From an uncultured Pyrinomonadaceae bacterium (GTDB lineage: Bacteria > Acidobacteriota > Blastocatellia > Pyrinomonadales > Pyrinomonadaceae), in NCBI GenBank assembly GCA_902805935.1, contig CADCUR010000001.1:1-55920 (forward strand): DNA of 55,920 nucleotides, written 5' to 3'. Numbering within the stretch: position 1 is the stretch's first letter; every line of letters begins with the position of its first letter. A model generated the notes under the pieces. It saw only the letters and a list, made by a program, of their open reading frames with translations. It had not been told where the DNA came from and made no database searches. The translations under genes and the position numbers were made by a program. Of the stretch, positions 16,883 through 26,481 are shown piece after piece.

Positions 16883-19800
16883 ATGTTCAAACTCCAGCGT
16901 CTCGAAATCACGGGTTTCAAATCTTTTGCCGATTACACTGAAATTGTCTTTACCGGCAGCGGAATTACGGCGGTCGTCGGTCCGAACGGCTGCGGCAAAT
17001 CAAACGTTTCTGATTCTATCGCCTGGGTTTTAGGCGAGCAGAAAGCGAAATCGCTGCGGGGCGAGGAAATGAAGGATGTCGTCTTTCAAGGCACGAGCCG
17101 GCGCAAGGCGTCGGGAATGGCGGAAGTCGTGCTGCATCTCGTCCGCGACGAAGAAGCGTTTTTTTCCGACGAAGAATCAGAACTCGAAGACATTGACGCG
17201 AGCCTCGGCAGCTTGGATGAAAATGCGGTTGATTTGGAAGAAATCGAAAATCAACAACTCGAACTCAGCACTCAAGACTCAACACTTATCACTAATGGCA
17301 ACGGTTTTCATTCGGAAGAATACGAAATAGAAAAAGTTCAAGCGGCGCAAATCGGCTCGGTTCAAACAGTCGAAAAAAAAATCAAAACGAGGCGGCACTG
17401 GAAACCGCGCCAGTTCGCGCTTGATTTCGCTCCCGGAGAAGCCGTCTCGGTCACGCGCCGGCTTTATCTTTCGGGCGAAAGCGAATATCTTTTGAACGGA
17501 AAACCCTGCCGTCTGCGCGACATACAGGATTTGTTCGCCGGAACCGGTTTGAGCGGCGCGCATTACGCGCTGATTGAACAGGGACGCATCGGGCAAATTC
17601 TGTCGGCAAAGCCTTCGGACAGACGTAATTTAATCGAAGAAGCGGCTGGCATTTCCAAATTCCGCACGCGCCAGCGCGCCGCCGAAGCACGACTCGAATC
17701 CGCGAAAACGAATTTAAGCCGCATCACCGATATCGTTTCGGAAATAGAAAAACAGGCGAACGCCCTTCGCCGCCAAGCCGCGAAAACGCGCCGCTATAAA
17801 ATCCTGCGCGAAGAATTTCGCCAGACTCTGCGGCAAACCTTCGCCGCCGAAGGCAAACATTTGTCCGAATCGGTCGGCGAGTTAGAGGAAAAATTAAAAG
17901 AAGCGGAAAAAGCCGAGCGCGGCGTTTTTTGGGCGGTCGCCGAAAAGGACGACGCCTTCCGCGAAGCGACGGGCAAAGCGCGCGAAGCCGAAGAAAATTT
18001 GGCGCAGCTCCGCGCCCGGCATTCGGAAAACGCGCTCGAAAGAGACAGAAATTCCCGCGAGAGACAATACAGAAGCGAGCAGATTGCTAATTTAACCGAG
18101 CGTTCTGCGAATTTGCGAGGCGAAATCGAGGCGACCGAGCAACGTCTGAAACTCGTCAAAACGGAAATCAAGCGCCTGGAGAAAGATTCGCTGGCGGAAC
18201 GCGCCGTCGCCGAACGAGCCGAACTCGATTTGCGCGAAGCCGAAAGCGTTTATGGGCGGAAATCGAAGGAACTCAGCGAAATCGAAACGAAACTCGAAAC
18301 CGAACGCGAATCGGTTTTGCGGCATACGGCGGCTTTCGAGCGGCTGACGGAAATCGCCAGGCAATTAGAAAATACCGACGAGCGGTTGCAGGAACGCTTT
18401 GAGGGTTTGCGGCGCGAAGGCGAACGCGCCGACGAAATTTTCGCCGAACACCGAAAGGCGAGTGAGAAACTGGAAAAAACGCTCACGAAAGAGCGCGAAA
18501 AACTGGAAAATCTGCACCGGGAAAAACAACAGATTCTCGAAGAATCAAAAGAAGCGCGAAACGATTTAGACGCTGCCGAAAAGATTTCAAATGATTGGCG
18601 CGAAGAGTTTTTCAAAAAGCGCAACCGACTCGAAACTCTGCGGGAACTCGAAGAGCGAAAAACGATTTACGCGCCGGCGGTGCAGAAACTTTTCGCCGAA
18701 CAAAAGCGAATCGGCGTGAATTTTTTGGGAGTTCTGGCGGACAAATTAAACGTTGACGAGCGGGCGGAAAAAGCGGTTGAAAATTTGTTCGGCAGTTATC
18801 TGCAAACAATTCTGGTCGCCTCCGAAGATGACGCGCGGCTCACGATTCGATTTACGAACGAAAACAATCTCGGTCGAATTTCGATTCTAGTCTGTAATTC
18901 CAAGTCCAAAGTTCAAAGTCCGAAATCCAAAATTCAAAATGAAATCGCAAACTTCATCGGCGTTTCGGAAGAGTTCGCCGGACTTCTGGCGATAGGTTTT
19001 TCGCGCGAAATGGCGGCGCGCCTGGTTGACGATTTTGAAAAATCGAAGGCGAAAAACGGTGAAATTTACGTCGGTCTCGGCGGCGATTTAAACGTCGGCG
19101 GAAAACTTTTCGTCGGCGGCAGGCAAAACGCAAACGAAAAAAACACGTCGCTGCTGGCATTCAAGCGCGAATTGCGCGAGTTGGAAAACGCTGTCAAAAA
19201 GTTGAGCGTTGAAGTTGAAAAAGCAGAGAAAAATACGAGCAAAGCGCGCGAAATTTTAGTCGAAAAGGAAAATAAATTGGTTGATTTGCAGTCGTTTATC
19301 GTCAAGGTCGAGCGCGAGCTTCTTTCCGTCGAAATCGAAGCGAAATCTTTGGCGCAGGAAACCGAACGCGCCGAGCGGCATAAAAAAATCGTCGGCGAAG
19401 AATCGAAACAAATCGAAACGGAACTCGCAGAAATTCAAACTAAACGCAGAGAAGCAAAACTGAATGCGGAAAAAGCCGAGCGAGCCAGAAGCGCGGCATC
19501 GGAGAGTTCGACGAAAATCTCTGACCGATTAAACGAAACCAGACGCGAATTGAACGCGGAGAATCAAGTGCTGAATGAAAAACGCACCGCAGCGGCGACT
19601 TCCGGCGAGCGTCGTCGCTCGGCGCAGAACGCGCTGCGGCGCATCGAAACCGAAAGGGCGGAACTCGAATCGAGAATCGCCAAGCAGAATTTGGAAATCG
19701 CAGAGACGACGAACAAGGCGAACGATTTGCAAAAATCAATCAGCGAGATTGAGCAGAAAGTCGCGCTCTCTGAGACCGAGCAGACGAGCGAGAGTAAAGA

Positions 19801-20683
19801 ACTCGCGGAAATGGCGGCGCAGCTTAAACTGGCGCGCGAGGCGGCGGACGCGATGGCGGCGGAGCTTGCCGAACTGAATAAAAAATCCGCCGAAGCCAGA
19901 AACGAACGCGCGGCGATTGAAATCCGGCAAACCGAGGTCGTTACGCGGCTCAGAAATTTGAACGAGAAATCGCAGTCGGATTTGAATATCGCTTTGGTCG
20001 AATTGGTCGAGAGTGAAACGATTGAAAGCGATTTCGATTTAGAGACGGCGCGGCGGGCGGTCGAAGATTTACGCGAACGAATTGAAAATTTCGGCGCGAT
20101 AAATATGCTCGCGCTCGAAGAACTCTCGGAAACCGAGGAACGGCTGACGTTTTTGACGGCGCAGCGGCAGGACATCGTGGACGGCGTCCATGCGACCGAA
20201 GCGGCTTTGAAAGAAATCAAACAGCGTTCACGGATGCGATTTCGTGAAGCGTTCGAGGCAATAAATCGCAATTTCATAGAATTCTTCCAGGAGCTTTTTG
20301 GCGGCGGGCGCGGCGAGATGACTTTGCTCGAAGCCGAAGACGTTCTTGAAGCGGGAATCGAAATCGTCGCGCAGCCGCCGGGCAAACGTCTGCAAAGCAT
20401 CTTGCTTCTTTCGGGCGGCGAAAAAGCGATGACGGCGATTGCGCTCGTGATGGCGATTTTCCAATATCGCCCCGCGCCGTTTTGTCTGCTCGACGAAGTT
20501 GACGCGCCGCTCGATGACGCAAATGTCGGACGCTTTGTGAATAAAATCGCCGAAATGTCTGAAAATACGCAGTTCATCGTCATCACGCACAACAAAAGAA
20601 CGATGGAGGCTGCCAAAGCTCTCTACGGCGTGACGATGCAGGAAGCTGGAGTTTCAAAAGTGGTTTCGGTAAGATTCGAGTAG
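16883..20683 (+). CDS. smc: Chromosome partition protein Smc
   Basis: 1266 aa with an N-terminal Walker A (GPNGCGKSN), long coiled coils and a hinge. The C-terminal signature is LSGGEKAMTAIAL, with Walker B at FCLLDEVDAPLDD. Confidence 0.97.
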   Translation: MFKLQRLEITGFKSFADYTEIVFTGSGITAVVGPNGCGKSNVSDSIAWVLGEQKAKSLRGEEMKDVVFQGTSRRKASGMAEVVLHLVRDEEAFFSDEESELEDIDASLGSLDENAVDLEEIENQQLELSTQDSTLITNGNGFHSEEYEIEKVQAAQIGSVQTVEKKIKTRRHWKPRQFALDFAPGEAVSVTRRLYLSGESEYLLNGKPCRLRDIQDLFAGTGLSGAHYALIEQGRIGQILSAKPSDRRNLIEEAAGISKFRTRQRAAEARLESAKTNLSRITDIVSEIEKQANALRRQAAKTRRYKILREEFRQTLRQTFAAEGKHLSESVGELEEKLKEAEKAERGVFWAVAEKDDAFREATGKAREAEENLAQLRARHSENALERDRNSRERQYRSEQIANLTERSANLRGEIEATEQRLKLVKTEIKRLEKDSLAERAVAERAELDLREAESVYGRKSKELSEIETKLETERESVLRHTAAFERLTEIARQLENTDERLQERFEGLRREGERADEIFAEHRKASEKLEKTLTKEREKLENLHREKQQILEESKEARNDLDAAEKISNDWREEFFKKRNRLETLRELEERKTIYAPAVQKLFAEQKRIGVNFLGVLADKLNVDERAEKAVENLFGSYLQTILVASEDDARLTIRFTNENNLGRISILVCNSKSKVQSPKSKIQNEIANFIGVSEEFAGLLAIGFSREMAARLVDDFEKSKAKNGEIYVGLGGDLNVGGKLFVGGRQNANEKNTSLLAFKRELRELENAVKKLSVEVEKAEKNTSKAREILVEKENKLVDLQSFIVKVERELLSVEIEAKSLAQETERAERHKKIVGEESKQIETELAEIQTKRREAKLNAEKAERARSAASESSTKISDRLNETRRELNAENQVLNEKRTAAATSGERRRSAQNALRRIETERAELESRIAKQNLEIAETTNKANDLQKSISEIEQKVALSETEQTSESKELAEMAAQLKLAREAADAMAAELAELNKKSAEARNERAAIEIRQTEVVTRLRNLNEKSQSDLNIALVELVESETIESDFDLETARRAVEDLRERIENFGAINMLALEELSETEERLTFLTAQRQDIVDGVHATEAALKEIKQRSRMRFREAFEAINRNFIEFFQELFGGGRGEMTLLEAEDVLEAGIEIVAQPPGKRLQSILLLSGGEKAMTAIALVMAIFQYRPAPFCLLDEVDAPLDDANVGRFVNKIAEMSENTQFIVITHNKRTMEAAKALYGVTMQEAGVSKVVSVRFE
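18898..18939 (+). repeat. Six tandem degenerate heptamers inside smc (in-frame 42 nt)
   Basis: TTCCAAG TCCAAAG TTCAAAG TCCGAAA TCCAAAA TTCAAAA encodes NSKSKVQSPKSKIQ. The word family matches the TonB-receptor repeat at 37161-37195. Confidence 0.7.
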
Positions 20684-20698
20684 CGAGGTTTTAAGGCG

Positions 20699-21001
20699 AT
20701 GAACACGGCGACAACGGAAAATTTTGGGTTAGATAATTTTACAGCGGTGGATTTTCTGGCTAGCGAAGGCAGAACGATTTTAATCAACGACGTTGCGCTT
20801 TACGAACTCGAAGCGAAAAACTATCATCAAATTTCCAGCAGCCGCGCTTCCGCTTTTAGCGGCGGAAAAATTCACCGAATTTTTGGGAATGAGCCGGACG
20901 AAAGGGCAAACTTTCGCGCTGAAAAGTTTTCGCGGCTGGCTAAAGGAACAAAAACAAAATGTTTAAAAAACGATTGGCGAAAACTTTATTGGTCGGTTTG
21001 A
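20699..21001 (+). CDS. Hypothetical protein (uncertain)
   Basis: 100-aa ORF starting 15 nt after the smc stop, with a weak AAGG ribosome-binding site. It overlaps the next ORF by 43 nt. I recognise no motifs. Confidence 0.3.
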   Translation: MNTATTENFGLDNFTAVDFLASEGRTILINDVALYELEAKNYHQISSSRASAFSGGKIHRIFGNEPDERANFRAEKFSRLAKGTKTKCLKNDWRKLYWSV

Positions 21002-21828
21002 GCTTGATTTTAATTTCGACTTTTTCCGCACCCGCTCAAGCGAAACGCAAAACGGCTAAACAGAAAACCGCGAAAAAAGCCGAGCCGGTGAAAGCGCAAA
21101 CCGCCGCCGAAGACGACGCGACACCGGCAATAAAGAAAAATTCGCGCCCCGAAGATGAAAGCCAAATAACTGCAATTGAAAAAACCGAAGAAACCGTAAA
21201 AACAAATGCGCGACCGGCGGCAGCAAGCCAAACTAAACCAATTTATTTTTACGAGTTTTCAAAAGCCGATTTTACAGTTTCAAAAATTAACATCGAACAC
21301 GACGAAAACGGGATAGGAAAGATTACGTTTCAGAAAAAGGATGTCGCCGAGCCGATTACCGAGCCGTTGCAGCTTTCGCTCGCAACTGTCGAACGAGTCA
21401 AAGCAATCTGGCGCGCTTTAAATTTTCTGGATGCGACCGAGAATTATCAAACCGTCAGAGATTATTCGAATCTCGGCGCGATGAAATTCACGATGAAACG
21501 AGACGGTCGCACGCGCGAGGCGACGTTTAATTGGACGGACAACAAAGACGCTAAATCTTTAGCCGACGAATACCGGAAAATCGGACAACAATTCGTTTGG
21601 GTTTTCGATATAAATGTGGCGCGGGAAAATCAGCCGCTTGACGCGCCGCGTCTTCTTGACGCTCTCGACTCATTGATTAAACGCAAGGAAATTTCCGATG
21701 CGGCGCAGATGATCCCGCTTCTAAAGGAGTTAAGCATTGACGAGCGCCTTCCGCTGATTGCCCGCAACCGTTCGACGAAATTAGCCGAAAAAATTGAGAA
21801 AAGCGAGCAGAAAAAAGAGGGCAAATAA
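20959..21828 (+). CDS. Secreted hypothetical protein
   Basis: 289 aa with a clear signal peptide (MFKKRLAKTLLVGLSLILISTFSAPAQA), a Lys/Ala/Thr-rich linker and then a globular part with no motif I recognise. Confidence 0.6.
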   Translation: MFKKRLAKTLLVGLSLILISTFSAPAQAKRKTAKQKTAKKAEPVKAQTAAEDDATPAIKKNSRPEDESQITAIEKTEETVKTNARPAAASQTKPIYFYEFSKADFTVSKINIEHDENGIGKITFQKKDVAEPITEPLQLSLATVERVKAIWRALNFLDATENYQTVRDYSNLGAMKFTMKRDGRTREATFNWTDNKDAKSLADEYRKIGQQFVWVFDINVARENQPLDAPRLLDALDSLIKRKEISDAAQMIPLLKELSIDERLPLIARNRSTKLAEKIEKSEQKKEGK

Positions 21829-21843
21829 TTTATTCGCCCTCTT
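21815..21843. terminator. Hairpin shared by convergent genes (hypothetical protein / kgd)
   Basis: AAGAGGGC (21815-21822) pairs with GCCCTCTT (21836-21843). A-rich and T-rich tracts flank it on either side. Confidence 0.55.
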
Positions 21844-21867
21844 TTATATTTTGCTTTCTTTTTTGTT

Positions 21868-24800
21868 TTACGCGCCCGCCGGGGCGAGTTTCTCCGCGAC
21901 TTCCGGTTTGCTCGCCGCCGAAATTTCGTCGGCGTGTTCTTTGAGAAGCGCGTCGTCCACAAGTTTGCGCTGTTCGAGTTCATGAATCGCGTAACTGCCA
22001 GTCGCCGGTGAAGCCGAAGCCGTTCTGCCGACATAACGTAAACTTAAATCGCTTTTGATTTCTCTCAGACGCGCTTCGACAAAAAACCAGCCGCCCATAT
22101 TTTGCGGTTCTTCCTGCGTCCAGAAAACTTGCGTCGCATTTGGATAAGCGGCGAAAATTTCCTTTAATTTGTCGGCGGGAAACGGATAAAATTGTTCGAG
22201 CCGCACAATCGCCACGCGCAAATCTTTCGATTCTTCACGCGCCACGCTTAAATCGTAGAAAACCTTCCCGGAACACAAAACGACGCGCTTGATTTCCGCC
22301 TTGTTGGTAATCGAAGCGTCGTCAATGACCGGCTGGAAACCGCCGCTGGTCAAATCTTCGATTTTTGAGGTCGCGGCGGGAAGCCGCAGCAGACTTTTCG
22401 GCGTCATTACAACGAGCGGGCGCACCGTTTCCTGTTTCGCTTGCCTGCGAAGCAGATGAAAATACTGCGCCGGAGTCGTCGGATAGCAAACCTGCAAATT
22501 ATTTTCCGCGCAAAGCTGCAAATACCTCTCTAACCGCGCCGAAGAATGTTCCGGTCCCTGACCTTCGTAACCGTGCGGCAGAAGCATCACGAGCCGACAT
22601 TTCTGATTCCATTTGTCTTCGGAAGCGGCGATATACTGGTCAATAATAACCTGCCCGCCGTTGGCAAAATCGCCAAACTGCGCTTCCCACATAACGAGTG
22701 AATCTTCGGCGACGACCGAATACCCATACTCGAAACCGAGAACGCCTTGCTCACTTAAAGAACTGTCGAAAACTTCAAACTTCGCCGGCTCCTCGGTATT
22801 CGATTTCAACTCGCCGAGCGGACACCAGCTTGCTCCGGTTTGCGTGTCATACATCAGCGCGTGACGATGCGAAAAAGTTCCGCGTCCCGAATCCTGTCCG
22901 CTCAGCCGCACATTCACGCTGTCCGTCACCAAAGAACCAAACGCCATCGCTTCGGCGAATCCCCAATCCATCGGAACTTCGCCGGTTCCCATTTTCGCTC
23001 GTCGCGCTAGCTGCCCGACCATTTTCGGGTTGACGTGAAAGTTTTCGGGAACGACCGATATTTTCTCGGAAATTAATTTTAGAGTTTCCTTTGAAATTCC
23101 CGTTTCTAAAATACCCGAGCCGTCTTCCTCCGGCGTCGCGGCAGGCAGAAATTCGCGTTTCGGCTTTTCGTTGGCGATTTGCTTGGCGCGCCGCAGAATG
23201 CCTTCGTATTTTTCGACAACGCGTTCGGTCATCCGGGCGAGGTCCGCTTCGTTGATGACATTTTCACGAATCAGTTTTTGCGCGTAAATATGACGCACGC
23301 CCGGATGCGCTTTGACACGCGCATACATCAGCGGTTGCGTGTAGCTCGGCTCGTCGCCCTCGTTATGACCGAGGCGCCGGAAGCCGACTAGATCAAGCGC
23401 GACATCTTTGTTAAATTCCTGCCGGTAATCAAGGGCGATTTTTACGACGCGAAAGGCTGCTTCGGGGTCGTCGGCGTTAATGTGGAAAATTGGCAACTGC
23501 GTGATCTGCGCTGCGTCGGTCGAATAAATCGAACTGCGAGCCGAATCCGCGCCCGTCGTGAATCCGATTTGATTGTTGATGACGATGTGAATCGTGCCGC
23601 CCGTGCGATAGCCTCTTAAATTCGCCAACTGCAAGGTTTCCATCACGATGCCCTGTCCGGCAAACGCCGCGTCGCCGTGCAGCAGAACCGGCAGAATTTT
23701 ATCGGTTGCCGTATCGCGTTCTTCGCCGGTTTCAAGCAATTCGTCTTGTCTGGCGCGCGCCATTCCTTCGACTACCGCGTCAACGAATTCGAGATGCGAA
23801 GGATTGCTGGCGAGCTGAATTTTCACGTCGTTTCCCGATTTCGTCTTCCGTCGTCCGGTTGCGCCCTGATGATATTTAACGTCGCCTTCGTCTGCCGGAA
23901 ACGCCGGATGCGAAGTGCCTTCAAAAATCGTAAAAATCCTCTCCGCCAAATCGCCCGTCTCCGCGTTTCCGACGATATTCGATAAAACATTCAGCCGCCC
24001 GCGATGCGCCATTCCGAGAAAAACTTCTTCGACGCCTCGTTCCGAAGCGTTCTCGACTAGCTGGTCGAGCAGCGGAATAATCGTTTCTGTTCCTTCGAGC
24101 GAAAAGCGTTTTTGCCCCAAATATTTTTTATGCAAAAACTGCTCGAACTGCTCAGCTTCGATGAGTTTTTGCAGCAGTTCTTTTCTGGTTGCGGCGTCAA
24201 GCGGCACAACGTCAACAAACTGCTGCCGCACTTGTTCGCGTATCCACTGCTTTTCCGTTTTATTTTGAATATGGCGATACTCGATGCCGACCTTGCCGCA
24301 GTAGGCGCGTCGAAGTATCGAAAGAATTTCGCGCAAAGTTGCGGTGCGCGTGCCGTGCAAGCCGCCGGTGATAAATTCGCGGTCTAAATCCCAAATCGTT
24401 AAATCGAAATTCTCCAAATCAAGTTCCGCCGCGTGGTGCGAAGTCATATTCAGCGGATCAATATCGGCGAGCAGATGTCCGCGAATGCGGTAAGCGTTGA
24501 TGAGTTGCAAAACATTCGCCTGCTTTTCGGTTTGCTCGCGGAAATGGTCGCCGCCGAGCAATGACGGATTATAATCCTGCGCGAAACGAAGCGGCGGAAA
24601 GCTGATTTCCAAATCTTTGAAAACTTCGTCGTAAAAATCGTGCTGCCCGATTAAAAACTCGTGAATCTTCGCCAGAAACAAACCCGATTCCGCGCCTTGA
24701 ATCACGCGGTGGTCGTAAGTCGAAGTCAAAGTTAAAACTTTGCTGATGCCGAGTTGCGACAGCACGGCGGCAGTCATCGCTTGATACTCCGCCGGATATT

Positions 24801-25665
24801 CAATCGCGCCGGTTGCGATAATTACGCCTTGACCGCTCATCAAGCGCGGATTCGACGCAACCGTGCCGATTGTTCCCGGATTCGTCAAAGATACGGTCGT
24901 GCCTTGAAAATCTTCGATAACCAATTTTCCGTCGCGCGCCTTTTTCACCTGTTCGTTGTAAGCGACGAAAAATTCGGCGAAGTTCATCCGGTTCGCTCCC
25001 TTGATATTCGGGACGAGCAGATTGCGCGAGCCGTCCTTTTTCTCGATGTCAATCGCAATGCCGAGATTCACATCGTCCGCTTCGAGCCGCGATGGTTTGC
25101 CGTCAACCACGCCGTAACCGAAATTCATTTGCGGATATTCTTTCAAAGATTTGACAATCGCCCACGCGATTAAATGCGTGAAGGAAACTTTACCGCGTCC
25201 CGCCGTTTGCAGATTTTCATTGATGATGCGCCGGTTTTCTTCCAGAACTTTGACCGGCACGCGCCTCAAAGATGTCGCCGTCGGCACGGTCAAACTCAAC
25301 TCCATATTCTCGACGATTTTTTTCGACGCGCCCGTTATCGCCTTCACGTCAACATTCGCGCCGACTGTGACGGTCGGCGCTGTTTGCGGCGTTTGCGGTG
25401 CTGCTGTTGCGATTGTTGCCGTTTGCCGCGCCGCGCCGTTCGTTTTGGTGGTTTCGGTTGCCGGTTTCTCTATTGTCGTCGCCGAACTCTGACCGTTTTC
25501 CGTCGGCACATTACCGTTTAATAAATCGCCGAAATACGCGCGCCACGATTCGTCAACCAAACTTGGGTCTGATTGAAAACGGCTCAGCAAACCCTCGACG
25601 TAGCTGGCATTCGCGCCGAAATTTTCGGCGATGAACTCGGATAAATTAGTTGATTTTTTACTCAC
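21868..25665 (-). CDS. kgd: Multifunctional 2-oxoglutarate dehydrogenase E1 fused to an E2-type succinyltransferase catalytic domain (Kgd/OdhA-like)
   Basis: 1265 aa. The order is an OGDH N-terminal segment, an Ala/Thr/Pro/Gln-rich linker, an acyltransferase catalytic domain (TNPGTIGT..., STYDHRVIQGAESG, i.e. DHRxxxG) and a full E1o ThDP domain (GMAHRGRLNVL, GDAAFAGQG, GYEGQGPEHSSARLERYLQL). No lipoyl domain is visible. Confidence 0.9.
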   Translation of the reverse strand: MSKKSTNLSEFIAENFGANASYVEGLLSRFQSDPSLVDESWRAYFGDLLNGNVPTENGQSSATTIEKPATETTKTNGAARQTATIATAAPQTPQTAPTVTVGANVDVKAITGASKKIVENMELSLTVPTATSLRRVPVKVLEENRRIINENLQTAGRGKVSFTHLIAWAIVKSLKEYPQMNFGYGVVDGKPSRLEADDVNLGIAIDIEKKDGSRNLLVPNIKGANRMNFAEFFVAYNEQVKKARDGKLVIEDFQGTTVSLTNPGTIGTVASNPRLMSGQGVIIATGAIEYPAEYQAMTAAVLSQLGISKVLTLTSTYDHRVIQGAESGLFLAKIHEFLIGQHDFYDEVFKDLEISFPPLRFAQDYNPSLLGGDHFREQTEKQANVLQLINAYRIRGHLLADIDPLNMTSHHAAELDLENFDLTIWDLDREFITGGLHGTRTATLREILSILRRAYCGKVGIEYRHIQNKTEKQWIREQVRQQFVDVVPLDAATRKELLQKLIEAEQFEQFLHKKYLGQKRFSLEGTETIIPLLDQLVENASERGVEEVFLGMAHRGRLNVLSNIVGNAETGDLAERIFTIFEGTSHPAFPADEGDVKYHQGATGRRKTKSGNDVKIQLASNPSHLEFVDAVVEGMARARQDELLETGEERDTATDKILPVLLHGDAAFAGQGIVMETLQLANLRGYRTGGTIHIVINNQIGFTTGADSARSSIYSTDAAQITQLPIFHINADDPEAAFRVVKIALDYRQEFNKDVALDLVGFRRLGHNEGDEPSYTQPLMYARVKAHPGVRHIYAQKLIRENVINEADLARMTERVVEKYEGILRRAKQIANEKPKREFLPAATPEEDGSGILETGISKETLKLISEKISVVPENFHVNPKMVGQLARRAKMGTGEVPMDWGFAEAMAFGSLVTDSVNVRLSGQDSGRGTFSHRHALMYDTQTGASWCPLGELKSNTEEPAKFEVFDSSLSEQGVLGFEYGYSVVAEDSLVMWEAQFGDFANGGQVIIDQYIAASEDKWNQKCRLVMLLPHGYEGQGPEHSSARLERYLQLCAENNLQVCYPTTPAQYFHLLRRQAKQETVRPLVVMTPKSLLRLPAATSKIEDLTSGGFQPVIDDASITNKAEIKRVVLCSGKVFYDLSVAREESKDLRVAIVRLEQFYPFPADKLKEIFAAYPNATQVFWTQEEPQNMGGWFFVEARLREIKSDLSLRYVGRTASASPATGSYAIHELEQRKLVDDALLKEHADEISAASKPEVAEKLAPAGA

Positions 25666-25817
25666 TCTTTTGACCTCTTTTGATAATCGCGGGACTGTAG
25701 ATAATTTTAGCGCAAAAGAGGCGAAAACCTAAGCAGGCAGTAAACGGCGAGCAGTGAACAGATTGTTTTTCGAGTTAAAAGCCGAATTCACATTTCGGAT
25801 TGCAGCGTTTGAGTTTT

Positions 25818-26447
25818 CTAAAATTGCTCGTTGCTTATCGCTTGCTGTTTTATTAACGGATTTTTAATTTTGAGATTTATCTCGATCGGCACTACACGCT
25901 TGAATTTCAGAAACGATTTTTTGAATCGTCCGAAGACGAAAATTCTGCCCGTCACCGTCCATTCGTTTTTCGATTCCTTCATTTCCTTTAACGCGCCGCG
26001 CAAAGCCTGCCCCGCGCCGAGGGAAATTTCAATCGGTTTGGGCAGAGCGGTCGTTTGATTCTTTTTGAACTCAATTGATTCTCGGTATTCTTGCACATCA
26101 ACTTTCAAATTGTTGATGCGAAAGTCGTGAAACGTGAGAAAATCAACGGTGCCGCTCTGAGTTAAAGAATTGATTTCCGCCGAAACCTCAAACGTGATTC
26201 CTGAAAGCGATACGTCGGTCAACTCAGGATCGCCGATTTTTACTGATACTTCGGACTGATCATCGGTCGCCGCTTTTGCGGTTTTATTATCGACGGAGAT
26301 TTTCGCTCGGTGAACTTTATAGCCGCGAATTTCCTTCGGCAAATCCTGAGCGTTGGTCAATGAAAAAGAAAGTAGAAATAAACCGCAAACGAACATTGAT
26401 AAACGCCGAATTTTTTCGCCTGAATTCACTCTATTCATCTTTTCCAT
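25818..26447 (-). CDS. Secreted or lipoprotein-like hypothetical protein
   Basis: 209 aa with an N-terminal hydrophobic signal (LSMFVCGLFLLSFSLTNAQ) and a beta-rich body. It starts 34 nt downstream of the CheA-like gene on the same strand. The start codon is uncertain. Confidence 0.55.
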   Translation of the reverse strand: MEKMNRVNSGEKIRRLSMFVCGLFLLSFSLTNAQDLPKEIRGYKVHRAKISVDNKTAKAATDDQSEVSVKIGDPELTDVSLSGITFEVSAEINSLTQSGTVDFLTFHDFRINNLKVDVQEYRESIEFKKNQTTALPKPIEISLGAGQALRGALKEMKESKNEWTVTGRIFVFGRFKKSFLKFKRVVPIEINLKIKNPLIKQQAISNEQF

Positions 26448-26481
26448 TCTCTAAAGTCTTTAGTTTGCCGCGTTTTTTTTT

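Noticed and set aside
19564-20616. 350-codon minus-strand ORF inside smc
   Set aside because: It is a Ser/Ala-rich mirror frame of the Glu/Lys/Ala-rich Smc coiled coil. The plus-strand gene has unmistakable SMC motifs.
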